Shown: positions 31,739-42,106 of the stretch, one piece after another
Numbering within the stretch: position 1 is the stretch's first letter
Layout: each line of letters begins with the position of its first letter
Origin: Opitutales bacterium
GTDB taxonomy: Bacteria > Verrucomicrobiota > Verrucomicrobiia > Opitutales > UBA2987
Length of the DNA stretch: 64,000 nt
NCBI GenBank assembly: GCA_965226885.1
Contig: CBDDEL010000014.1
Coordinates: 128,001-192,000 of the forward strand
Direction of reading: 5' to 3'
Notes under the pieces: model-generated
What the model was told of the DNA's origin: nothing
The model's database searches: none
Seen by the model: only the letters and a program-made list of their open reading frames with translations
Made by a program: the position numbers and the translations under genes

Positions 31739-34232
31739 TGTAAACGCCGGGATGAAACCGGTACGGGGGTCGGGGTAAAACCGGTACGCTTGGAATAAGG
31801 TTTAGGTTAGTAATTGCAGGTACGTCAAGGTTTAGGGTTTGGGAGTTGGTTTTGGGGATTGGCTTGGGGTCGGTGAGGAGGCCGGAGGCCGACGAGCCGG
31901 GCCCAAGGCGTTTATTGTTTTGGGCCACGGCGACGGCGTCGAGCATCGCGCAAGCGGTAGCTTTGCCCGTTGGCTTCGAGGATATGCACCCGATGGGTGA
32001 GTCGGTCCAGCAGAGCTCCGGTGAGCCGTTCGGAACCGAGCACTTCGATCCAGTTCTCAAAGGGCAGGTTGGTGGTGACGATGAGACTGGTGCGCTCGTA
32101 AGCGCGGCTGACCACGTCGAAGAGCAGTTCGGAACCGGTCTTGGAAAAAGGGACGTAACCGAGTTCGTCGAGGATGAGTAGGTCGAGCCTTTCGAGTTGC
32201 TTCATGAAGCGCTGCAGGTCGTGGTTGTCGCGTTGCTCGAGCATATGGGTAACCAGGGCGGTGACCCCGAAGAAACGGATCCGCCGGCCCTGGGCACAGG
32301 CGGCAAAGCCCAGGGCGGTGGCCAGGTGCGTTTTACCGGTACCGGCGTTACCGAGGAGCAGCACGTTTTCGCGCTGGTCGACATACTCCCCGCGCATGAG
32401 CTCTCGGATGAGCGCTTCGTTGATCGAGGGCTGCGCTTCAAAGGCGAAGCTCTCGAGGGTCTTGAGCACGGGGAAACGGGCGTTTTTGATCCGCCGCTGG
32501 GCGGCCCGCTGTTCGCGTTCAATGAGCTCCCGTTCGACCAGATGCAACAAAAAGGCGGCGTAATCGAGCCGGTCCCGGGAACAAGCCGCGGCCACCGCCG
32601 GCCATTCGCGCAGGATGGTGGGCAACTTCAGTTTCTTGAGGTGATGGTGTAACAGCAGCTGGTTTTTTTCTTCCTTCATAAAGCCCCTCCTGGAATCTTG
32701 AGCAGTTCGCTGTAGGCACCGAGGTCAGGGGCGGCCACACGGACGTGACGCAGGTGTGGATGGCCGTCCAGCCGGAAGGTTCTGCTCCCGTAGTCTTCCT
32801 GAGGATAGAGATACTGGGCGATGGCCTCACGAGTCAGTCCCCCCACCCGCAGGGCCGAGACGACGGCCTGCTGCAAGGCCGCCATGGGGTGTTTCTCCAA
32901 CAGCCGCAGCACCCGGATATACTCCCGGGTGCCTTCGCCCCCGCATTGGCTTTCGAGCCGGCGTCTGAGGACCTGCAGGCACTGCGGCAACTGCCAGCCC
33001 GAGAGTGGGCGGGCGAAGTCCAAAGCGCCCGGTTTTTTCTCCAGCAAAGCCAGGTAGTGCACCGGCTCGAAAGAGACTTGCTCTTTATCCCAAATGCGGC
33101 GGTGCCGGGCCACCTCTTGGCCCCCACAGAAGATCACCACCTGCCGACAGGACCCTTCCACCACCACCGGATGGTGGGCGCAGCGCACCGGCACCGAATA
33201 GTCGTTGCACTCGAAGCGCACCAGCGAGAGGCTGCTGACGCAGGTCGAGCGTTTGCGGCTCGCTTCAAAGGGTATGGGCGGCAACGCCAGCATGACGGCG
33301 CGCTCCTCGGCCAGCAGTTCCTTTTTCACCGCCCTTTTCCCGCGTAATTTACGCTCCATGTCCCGCTCACATGCCTCCAACAGCTTTGCGTTGAGTTCCT
33401 CCAGGTCCCGAACCTGCGGTACCGGTACCAGGAAGTTGGCCCGGGCATAACGCACGATCCCCTCGACCACGCCCTTCTCGTTGGGCCGGGCGGGCAGACA
33501 GAAGTGTTCCTCGAACAGGTAATGGCTCTGTAGCTGCAGAAACCCGTCGGTCAGCTTGCGTTCACGCGAACCGATAATCTTACCCACCGCCACCTTCGAG
33601 TTGTCATAGCTGATGCGCCGGGGCACCGCCCCGAAAAACTCAAAAGCTCGCAGGTGCCCCTCCCAGAAGCTCTCCGTGCACTCCCGTTCGAACACCTGCA
33701 CGAAAAAGGCATCGCTGTAGGGCAGGCTCATGGCAAAAAATGGCCGCCTACGCAATTGCCCCGCCTCCTTCACCAGGGCATGACCGAAGTCCACCTGTCC
33801 CTCCCCGGGGCGGTGCTCCAGCGGCACGAACACTTCCCGCCGCCTCCTTGACCGCCGTGTAGCCCCCTTGGTAGCCCTTCTCCCGACCCAAACGCTGGTA
33901 GATCCGTTTGGCCGTATGGCGCTGCTTCTTGGGCACGTTCCGGTCCGCTTTGAGCACCTCCTCGATCCAGCCCACATACGGATCGATCTTGCGCTCTCGC
34001 CTCTTCTTGCGCCGGTATCCCGGCGGCTGGGAATAGGCCAGCATCTTTCCCAGGGTCTCCCAGTGCAGTCCCTCTTCTCGCATTACAGAGCGCTTGCTCT
34101 GCTTGTCCCGCAGCACTTTGTGCCGCACTCTTGTCCATTGCTTCATATCTCGATACACTCCTCCTTTCTAGGATAAGCGTACCGGTTTTAAAGCGCCCTC
34201 TTTACCGTACCGGTTTTTCCCCGGCGTTTACA
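31739..34232 (-). mobile_element. IS21 copy 2; istB 31912-32679 intact, istA frameshifted by a 23-bp deletion
   Basis: 6-bp TSD ATCGTT; 23 bp shorter than copy 1. Confidence 0.95.
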
Positions 34233-34439
34233 ATCGTTGCCGGGAACTTTACGAGCGTCTGCCACGGGCCTACAAAAGATGTGCCACCTACAGCGACTTT
34301 TGGAGCACTTATGATGAAGTCTTTCCTCATAACCGATCCGTGGGAAAAGAAACCGGTGAAACGGCCCATGTGGAACGATGGAACAATACCCTGCGCCAAC
34401 GACTGGGTCGTTTCACACGCAAAGCCCTCTCCTTTTCCA

Positions 34440-35235
34440 GGTAGTGTTAACATGACGAATGTTTGATATTGCTGTTGTATTCCCAGATGAACAAGCACAG
34501 GACGCGAAAATGCATGACCAAAGACTTCGAGAATGACAGCGTTTTACGCACATAGCGTGACAGGGACTGTCGCAAGGTATTGTTCCAGCGTTCGATATGG
34601 GCGGTTTGGCCGGATTGTTTCCCGCTGGCGCTGTTGTGAGGGAAAACCTTGTCGTAGCTTTCCCAGTAATCGCTTACGGTGGCACAGTCGCGATAGGGTT
34701 GGGCGATGTTGTGATACAACTGCCAGCACGTTTGATCGCTACGATCACCCAGAGAAAACCCGACGACCTGTCGGGTACGTCGACACAAGGCTACCCATAG
34801 CCATACCTGCCCCGAACGCTTATCGCCCCAGAATGACCACACCTCGTCCAGTTCCAGCACATCACTACACTGGCGGGCAAGCAGAGTGGACTCCAGCTTC
34901 GGCAAACTCAGGACTTTTTTTTAATCCATTCGATGACCGTCTTTGGGGCTACCCCGAAGGTACGGTAAATGGCACGCAGGCTCATCCGGTTTTGGTGCGC
35001 ACGGAGCACCTGCTTGACCAGCGCCGGAGGATGCTCACGACTTTTGGGGTGAAGCCGAAACTGATAACCACACCCCTTGCATCGATACTTCTGAACCCCT
35101 TTCGGATCCTTGCCGTGCTTGATGATGTGATCGCTTCCGCATTGAGGACATTTTACTGTGATATGGACCATTCCCAGTTCACAACATAATCACGCTAAAA
35201 AGTACAGCTTAAACATTCAAAATGTTAACACTACC
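34440..35235 (-). mobile_element. IS1 type C copy 3 (intact)
   Basis: 8-bp TSD CTTTTCCA; ORFs 34908-35171 and 34447-34905. Confidence 0.95.
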
Positions 35236-36647
35236 CTTTTCCAAGCTTAAGAGTATGCATGAAACCTGTCTGAGACTTTTCATTCATCAATATAATCAAG
35301 AATTAGCCACCATTCCTACTTAATACACTACCGGGTGTTGCGCACGATGACCGCTCCGATCTTGATTAATTTGAGCCGCAGGGTGTGGCATTGGGCCCGC
35401 GCCCACTTCGTCCCTTTTAAGGCTAACCGGCGCATGGCTTCCATCAAGGTGTAGGCCAGCGCCGACAAGAGCAATCGGCACTGATTGGCCCACCATTGAT
35501 GGGCGCTGGTGCGCTCGCTGAACAATTGCATCTGTTCCTTGATTCGGTTCTCCATTTCACCGCGGCCACAGTATACCTTGTCGTAAAGCTCCTGGGGATC
35601 GCCCGGCAGGTTCGTCACCACGAAGCGCGGGTTGGACCCCTGTGCGGTGTGTTCGGCTTTATGGATGACCAACCGCAGCCATCGCCACGAATCGGCAGCA
35701 TAGACGAAGTCCTGGAATAACCGTTGTTTTTTACCCCTTAGTTCGAACCATTCTTTGGCCTGCTTTTGCAACTGCTGGGCGTCTTGCTGCAAGCGTGCAT
35801 TGCGAGCCATCCCCACGATGTAACTAACTTCGTTGCGGTCGCACCAAGAGAGTATCCGGTCTCGACAAAATCCACTGTCGGCGCGCCAAATAATCCGCGT
35901 ACGGGGCCAGCTTTGGCGAATCCGTTTAACCAGCAATTTGAGGATGGCCCCGGCATGCTTGCTGGCATCGATCTTGCTCGGCCGCAGGTAGGCCACCAGC
36001 AGCTGATCACCGCAAAAAACATATAGCGGCAGAAAACAGTAATGATCATAATAACCGTGGAAAAAACGTCCCTCCTGGAGCCCGTGCACCGGATTGTCGG
36101 TGGCGTCAAAGTCCAGGATGATCTCTTCGGGTTCCTCGGCAAAGGAGCCCATGAACTGTTCGACCAACAGCTCGTTTACCGCAAAGGCCGCCCGCCGATC
36201 CTGCCCGTTTTCAAAACGACACAAAGTCGGCGCGCTGGCCAACGTTTCAATGCGCCCCGTTACCGTTTGCAACAATGGATCGTGGCGCAGGGTATCAAAG
36301 TCGTTCAAATCCTCATAGCCCGCCACCAGCCCGTAAACGCGCTGCCGCAGCATCCCCAATACCTCATGGCGTACTTTGCCCTTCTGCCGTTTGTCCACTA
36401 ACTGTCGGGCCGCTCGTTCGGTCAAGCCCAACTGCCGATCCACTTCCCGGATCAAAAGCAGTCCGGCATCCGAAGTAACCTCTCCGCCCTTGAAATCAAC
36501 CCGCACACGGCGGCCTTTTACCCTTGTCAACTGTAGCTTTAATTGTTTACCTTTTGTCATCGCTGATATTGCTTTAATTATTGATCTATCCTGCTGTATA
36601 TCAGCAGTTAAGCATATCAACGATACTTTTTTTACGAAATATCCGGG

Positions 36648-37194
36648 CTAAGTTGTCATTTGAATCACAATTTGATGTAGTATTTTCAAACGCGGCTCTA
36701 CACTGGGTTAAGAATCATAAACTGGTTATAGAGGGGTTGTTCAGAAGCCTTAAATCAAATGGAAAAATACTCCTGCAAATGGGAGGTGAAGGCAATGCGG
36801 CAGTTATACTTTCAATTTTAGATGAGCTTCAAACCTCCAATGAATGGAAGCGATACTTTACCGATTTTGACTTTCCTTACGGCTTTTATGGTATAGAAAA
36901 ATACAAAAGATTATTAGATGAATCTGGTTTTAGTATTAATCGTGTAGAACTCATCCAGAAAGATATGGAGCATGATGGTAAGTCTGGTTTGGAAGGGTGG
37001 ATTCGAACGACGTGGTTGCCCTACGTAGAGCGAATCCCGAATCCCGAATCCCTTTAGAAAAAAGGGGAAATTTTATAAAAACTCTCTCCACCGAGTACAT
37101 AAAGATACAGCCATTAGATTCTAGGGGTAAAGTACACGTGGAAATGGTCAGAATTGAAGTTGAAGCGGAAAAGCTTGAACCCCCTACTATTTAA
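36648..37194 (+). pseudogene. Class I SAM methyltransferase (Tam-like), 5'-truncated and frameshifted
   Basis: FDVVFSNAALHWV, GGEGN motifs; CGAATCC x3 at 37031-37051 shifts the frame. Confidence 0.85.
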
Positions 37195-37269
37195 AAGAAA
37201 TAGTAGTATTTCCCTTATACCTCAAAACGCGTTGTAGTGGTCAGCTGTCTGAATTGGCAAGTGCTGTCC

Positions 37270-38478
37270 CTAACTGGTAGAGTCGAGGGCGAAGCGGATA
37301 TGGGGGGAGTAAAATTCCGGTTCGAGGAGGAAGGAGTCGTGGCCTTTTTCCGAATGAACGGTGATGCGGGTGGTTGGCAACTGGGCCTTTTTTAATTGGG
37401 ATTCGAGCCGTTTTTGCTCTTCCGGGAAATAGCAGGAATCGGAGTCGATGCTGAATATGAGGTGTCGCTGGTTCCGGCAGCAGCTGAACAGTTCCGTGTA
37501 ATCGGAAGTTTCTATATCGGCGAGGAGGTTGAAACTGGACCAGGCATCGAGAATTCTGAGGTAGGAATTGGCGTCAAACCGGCGGGCGAATTTTTTCCCC
37601 TGGTGCAGCATGTATGCCTCCAGGTCGTGATTGAATCGATACCAGTCGAATGATTTTTCCGAATGAGGCGTATTCTGTTTTACGCGGGTTTCGAGCAAAT
37701 CCGGGGCGACAAAAGTTTTATGGCTGATGATGCGGGCATGAGCCATGCCTGAATCGGGCGTTTTTTTACCATAATAGTTGCCGCTCTGGAAGTTCGCATC
37801 CTTTTCTATGGCGTAGATTTGCTCGAAAATAAGGATTTGTTGCCGCGGCGTTGTTTCCAACCCAGTGGCGATGAGGACGACGTTGCGCACCCGATCGGGA
37901 TAACGAACGGCAAAGTTGAGGGACAACTGGCCGCCGGTCGAGCTGCCCAGAACGGCGTGAGCAGTTTCGATGCCGAGATTATCGAGCAATTTTACCTGCG
38001 AATCCACTATGTCGAACAAGCTGATGCGGGGAAAAAGCGGCCCATAGGGAGCCGAAGTTTGAGGATTGATGGAGGTCGGTCCGGTGGAACCATAGCAGCC
38101 GCCCAGGTAATTTGCGCAGATGACGAAATATTGATCGGTATCGAGGGCCTTTCCGGGACCGATAAAGCGATCCCACCAACCAATCTGGCAGTCCTTTGTC
38201 CAGAGGGCGCCAACCCCCTCGACGGCGGGATTGAAACCGGCGGCGTGCTGGCTGCCGGTCAAAGCGTGAAAAAGAAGGATGGCGTTATCCCGCCGCCGGT
38301 TGAGGCGCCCGTAGGTTTCGTAACTGAGAGAGGCTTCCAGAAGGGATTCACCCGACTTCAATAAAATAGGATTGGAGGCATTTGCGATAGGCATCCACCG
38401 GGTCGTGGCGCGACCATTGGCGGAAACGGAAATGCTGCTTTCCCCAGTGCTCAAGGTTTTTGTCCTCTCGGAAATCAT
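37270..38478 (-). CDS. metX: Homoserine O-acetyltransferase
   Basis: HALTG, NYLGGCYGSTGP, GSSTGG nucleophile, RFDANSY, GHDSFL. Confidence 0.9.
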   Translation of the reverse strand: MISERTKTLSTGESSISVSANGRATTRWMPIANASNPILLKSGESLLEASLSYETYGRLNRRRDNAILLFHALTGSQHAAGFNPAVEGVGALWTKDCQIGWWDRFIGPGKALDTDQYFVICANYLGGCYGSTGPTSINPQTSAPYGPLFPRISLFDIVDSQVKLLDNLGIETAHAVLGSSTGGQLSLNFAVRYPDRVRNVVLIATGLETTPRQQILIFEQIYAIEKDANFQSGNYYGKKTPDSGMAHARIISHKTFVAPDLLETRVKQNTPHSEKSFDWYRFNHDLEAYMLHQGKKFARRFDANSYLRILDAWSSFNLLADIETSDYTELFSCCRNQRHLIFSIDSDSCYFPEEQKRLESQLKKAQLPTTRITVHSEKGHDSFLLEPEFYSPHIRFALDSTS

Positions 38479-38509
38479 GCCCTTAAAAGGCGCTTACAGT
38501 TATTTATTT

Positions 38510-39811
38510 TCAGCCTGCACCCGCGAGGACGGTTGGCAAGGCTTTGCTGAAGGCCAGGTCGAGGTCTGCAAGAATGTCGTCGATATTTTCAATGCCCACA
38601 GATAACCGGATGAGGTCCGCGGTTATGCCGCCTGCTGCCTGCTGTTCCTCGGTCATTTGCGAATGTGTGGTGGTGGCCGGGTGAATAGCCAGGCTTTTGG
38701 CGTCACCGACATTTGCCAGATGCGAAAAGAGTTCGAGGCTTTCAATAAACTTGCTGCCCGCTTCCTTGCCGCCCTCGATTCCAAAGACGACCATGGCGCC
38801 GCCCTTGCCGCCCAGGTATTTCTGGTTCAGGGCATAGGCCGGATCGTTTTCCAGTCCCGGAAAGCGCACCCATTTGACGGCATCCTTTTTGCCAAGGTGT
38901 TTGGCCACCGCGAGGGCGTTTTCGCAATGCCGATCCATGCGTAAAGGAAGCGTTTCCACCCCTTGAAGGAAAATCCAGGCATTGTCCGGGGAAATGCAGG
39001 CGCCCAGGTTGCGCAGGGGCACTACCCTCATGCGGAGAATGAAAGCCAGTGGACTGAGATCGCCCAGGTCATGGGCCCAGCGAATGCCGTGGTAGCTCGG
39101 GTCGGGATCGGAAAGGAGGGGAAATTTCCCGCTCGTCCAGTCAAACTTGCCGGAATCTACCACCACTCCGCCAATGCCGGTGCCGTGGCCGCCGAGCCAC
39201 TTGGTGAGGGAATGAATAGAGAGATCCGCACCGAACTCTATGGGCCGCTCGAGGTAGGGAGTGGAAAAAGTGCTGTCCACCACCAGGGGAATCCCGTGGG
39301 CGTGAGCGATAGCGGCAATGGCCTCGATATCGGCCACATCAAGGCCGGGATTACTGACCGATTCGCAAAAGAGCAGTTTGGTTTTTTCCGTAATGGCGGC
39401 GGCAAAATTTTCTGGATGATTGGGATCGACGAAACGCGTCTTGATGCCGAACTGGGGCAGAATATCGTTAAACTGGGTGTAAGTGCCCCCATACAGATTG
39501 TTGGCCGATACAAGCTCGTCCCCGGCCTGGCAAAGATTGATTACCGAGTAGAACACGCCGCTGGTGCCCGAGGCCGTGAGGAGGGCGGCGGCCCCGCCGT
39601 CGAGGGCGGCAATGCGTTGTTCGAGGACATCGTGTGTCGGGTTCATGATGCGGCTGTAAATATTGCCGAGTTCTTTTAGGGCAAAGAGATTGGCCGCGTG
39701 TTCGGTGTTTTTGAACACATAGGAGCTGGTCCGATAAATGGGAACGGCGCGGGAATTGGTGGTGGGATCGGGCTGCGTCCCCCCATGAAGGCATGTGGTT
39801 TCAAATTTCAT
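38510..39811 (-). CDS. metY: O-acetylhomoserine aminocarboxypropyltransferase/cysteine synthase
   Basis: YSRIMNPT, HSLTKW PLP lysine, HLANVGDAKSLAIHPA. Confidence 0.93.
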   Translation of the reverse strand: MKFETTCLHGGTQPDPTTNSRAVPIYRTSSYVFKNTEHAANLFALKELGNIYSRIMNPTHDVLEQRIAALDGGAAALLTASGTSGVFYSVINLCQAGDELVSANNLYGGTYTQFNDILPQFGIKTRFVDPNHPENFAAAITEKTKLLFCESVSNPGLDVADIEAIAAIAHAHGIPLVVDSTFSTPYLERPIEFGADLSIHSLTKWLGGHGTGIGGVVVDSGKFDWTSGKFPLLSDPDPSYHGIRWAHDLGDLSPLAFILRMRVVPLRNLGACISPDNAWIFLQGVETLPLRMDRHCENALAVAKHLGKKDAVKWVRFPGLENDPAYALNQKYLGGKGGAMVVFGIEGGKEAGSKFIESLELFSHLANVGDAKSLAIHPATTTHSQMTEEQQAAGGITADLIRLSVGIENIDDILADLDLAFSKALPTVLAGAG

Positions 39812-39837
39812 GTTAGTTAAACTTATGTTATCTTATC

Positions 39838-40599
39838 TTAGGTATTTGATTTTGAAGGGTTGATTTTATCGCTGTAATTGATGTTGCAGTAAATGGGCCG
39901 GTTGCCGTTGGACGCCCTTAAGTGACGCCATCTCCCGGCCCGGCTGACTTCACCCGGTTTTACGGGAGTCGTGCAGACGGCGCATCCGATGCCTGCATAG
40001 GATTGAGCGTAAAGGGGGTGAACGGGGACATCATGCTCACGTATATAGGACTCTAATCGCTCAGAGTTCCAGTCAAAAAGCGGGTTGAAAACAGTGCAAT
40101 TAATGCGTGGGTCCCTGCTGATGGCCTGCACATCTGTGCGTCTATTGCCTTCGGCTCGCATGAGCCCGCTGATGAGGGCCTTGGCCTGGAAGCGATCGAC
40201 CGCTTTGATGAGGGGTAGTTCCTTGCGCAAATGGCAGCATAGGGGCTGTCCGTCAACATAGCGGTGAAGTTCCGCGGCAAACCTTTTGTTCTGTTCGAGG
40301 GGAGTCAGGTCCGGTTGCACAGTGGTAATATCCAGGCCGTATTTTTTCTGAAATTGATCCCGGATGGCCAGGGTCTCGGGAAAATGCAATTGGGTATCGA
40401 TAAAAACAATGTTGGCCTGTGCCCTGGTTCGGTAAATCATATGCATGAGGACGCCGGCCGTTTTCTGCATACTTGAGAGATGGATCGCTCGGGTGCCGTA
40501 AATGGCGTCGATCATACGAATCCGGTCCAGAGCATCCGCGGTCGCGAATTCCGCTTTATTGATTTCAGCTGCAAGTTCAGCTGCAAGCATAGTATTCAT
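39838..40599 (-). CDS. cysH: APS/PAPS reductase (CysH family, 4Fe-4S type)
   Basis: FIDTQLHFPET, CCHLRK, GCAVCT, RAGRW; true start most likely the ATG at 40599. Confidence 0.88.
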   Translation of the reverse strand: MNTMLAAELAAEINKAEFATADALDRIRMIDAIYGTRAIHLSSMQKTAGVLMHMIYRTRAQANIVFIDTQLHFPETLAIRDQFQKKYGLDITTVQPDLTPLEQNKRFAAELHRYVDGQPLCCHLRKELPLIKAVDRFQAKALISGLMRAEGNRRTDVQAISRDPRINCTVFNPLFDWNSERLESYIREHDVPVHPLYAQSYAGIGCAVCTTPVKPGEVSRAGRWRHLRASNGNRPIYCNINYSDKINPSKSNT

Positions 40600-40601
40600 G
40601 T

Positions 40602-41396
40602 TCAGGCGTTGACAATATAAGGTTGAGGTTGGTCGGTGAACTCCTGCCTCCCGGCGCAACCCAGTTGGCCGATGGCTGCTCCAATTTCGACCACAGGGCC
40701 GATGACGATTATGGCGGGGGGCTGCGCCTCGGCTGCTTTTTCCACGATATCGGCAAGGTTTCCGGTGTAGGTTTTCTGATCCGGCAAAGTTCCGCGCTCG
40801 ATAATGGCAACCGGTGTTTGCGGGCTTCGTCCAAACGTTGTCAGATTGGAAACGATTTCCCGCAGATGACGCACCCCCATGAGAAAGACGGCGGTGTCCA
40901 CCCGGGCGGCCAGTTCCCAATCGATCCCGAAGAGGGAGCCTCCGGCGGCATGCCCGGTAAATACGGCGAAATTAGCCGCCGTGCCCCTGTGGGTGAGGGG
41001 AATGCCCGACATGGCCGGCACTCCGCTGCACGAGCTGACACCCGGTATGAGTTGAAATTCAATGCCTGCCTGACGCAACTCAAGGCACTCCTCCGAACCG
41101 CGCCCAAATATGAACGGGTCGCCGCCCTTTAGCCGCACCACGGTTTTCCCCTGGCGGGCCCAGGCAATCAACAAACGCGCAATGCGTTCCTGCTCGCTGA
41201 ATGGCGTATGATTGCTCTGTTTGCCGACATAAATGTGCTCCGCCTGGGGGGCGTAAGAAGCGAGCAATGCTGGATTGACGAGCCGGTCGTAAAGGACGAC
41301 ATCCGCCTGCTTGAGGGCTTCCACCGCGCCCACCGTAATCAAGGATGGATCCCCTGGGCCCGCCCCCGCAATAATCACTTTTCCTGTCGTCGTCAT
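40602..41396 (-). CDS. cobA: Uroporphyrinogen-III C-methyltransferase
   Basis: GAGPGDP, VRLKGGDPFIFGRG, GIPLTHRG. Confidence 0.95.
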   Translation of the reverse strand: MTTTGKVIIAGAGPGDPSLITVGAVEALKQADVVLYDRLVNPALLASYAPQAEHIYVGKQSNHTPFSEQERIARLLIAWARQGKTVVRLKGGDPFIFGRGSEECLELRQAGIEFQLIPGVSSCSGVPAMSGIPLTHRGTAANFAVFTGHAAGGSLFGIDWELAARVDTAVFLMGVRHLREIVSNLTTFGRSPQTPVAIIERGTLPDQKTYTGNLADIVEKAAEAQPPAIIVIGPVVEIGAAIGQLGCAGRQEFTDQPQPYIVNA

Positions 41397-41416
41397 CTAA
41401 ATTTAATTAAGATAAT

Positions 41417-42103
41417 CTAAACCAGAACGGGTTCTTCCCGCGCCGATACCTTTTCGTTTTTGAATGATTCCAATAATTCGTTGAACCGTGCTTCCGCCGC
41501 TCCATCATTTTTCTTCAGGAGGCCGGGTAATGACGATTCGAGGACTGCGCTCCAAAATTGTTTGCGCACTTCATAGGTGGGCAGGGACCTGATGACCAAT
41601 GGGCGTTTGGATCCCAGGAAATCGGCCAGTTGACCGAGAGAATCGGTCAGCAGATGGCGTTCAATCCTGTTCCTCAATCGTTGGGCCATGGCCGGGCTTT
41701 TCCCGGAAGATGTGACCGCTACCTGAATCGGCCCGGAGCGGGCCACGGCGGGGTAGATGAAATTGCTGTTAGCCGCGTCGTCATGGGAATTGACAAGCTG
41801 CCGAGACATTGCAGAAGGGGAGCAGACCTCGCTTTTCTCCGCCTCGTCATCGGTCGTGACAACGACTAGAAAAGCGTCAATCGCATCGGAGGCCCGCACT
41901 TTCCGCCGCAACCACCGTACCTGGCCCTTTTCAGCCCACGACTGGATTTTGTCGTCCGCATTTTCAGCAATAATCGTTACCACGGCTCCAGCATGAAGGA
42001 AGCTTTCGATCCGGGAAATGGCAACTTCGCCACCGCCCACGACCAGGCATCGGCGGTCTGCCAAATCGAGGTATACGGGAAAATAATTGTTCGATGCGGT
42101 CAT
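41417..42103 (-). CDS. Precorrin-2 dehydrogenase/sirohydrochlorin ferrochelatase (CysG N-terminal part)
   Basis: LVVGGGEVA Rossmann motif, VN..DD...NF..PA, GKSP. Confidence 0.9.
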   Translation of the reverse strand: MTASNNYFPVYLDLADRRCLVVGGGEVAISRIESFLHAGAVVTIIAENADDKIQSWAEKGQVRWLRRKVRASDAIDAFLVVVTTDDEAEKSEVCSPSAMSRQLVNSHDDAANSNFIYPAVARSGPIQVAVTSSGKSPAMAQRLRNRIERHLLTDSLGQLADFLGSKRPLVIRSLPTYEVRKQFWSAVLESSLPGLLKKNDGAAEARFNELLESFKNEKVSAREEPVLV

Positions 42104-42106
42104 GAT

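Larger units (their letters stand above)
31227..35332 (+). mobile_element. IS1 type B copy 4, itself carrying IS21 and IS1-C
   Basis: Pieces 31227-31738, 34233-34439 and 35236-35332 rejoin. Confidence 0.95.
30967..36647 (-). mobile_element. IS1380 type A copy 7, interrupted by nested IS1-B
   Basis: 30967-31226 + 35333-36647 rejoin into a full A; 8-bp TSD GGGTGTTG. Confidence 0.95.

Noticed and set aside
3541..36651. Numerous short antisense or alternate-frame ORFs within IS copies
   Set aside because: Shadow ORFs that recur only because the elements are repeated.
39838..40920. 360-aa version of cysH
   Set aside because: The N-terminal extension overlaps cobA; the ATG at 40599 abuts the cobA stop.
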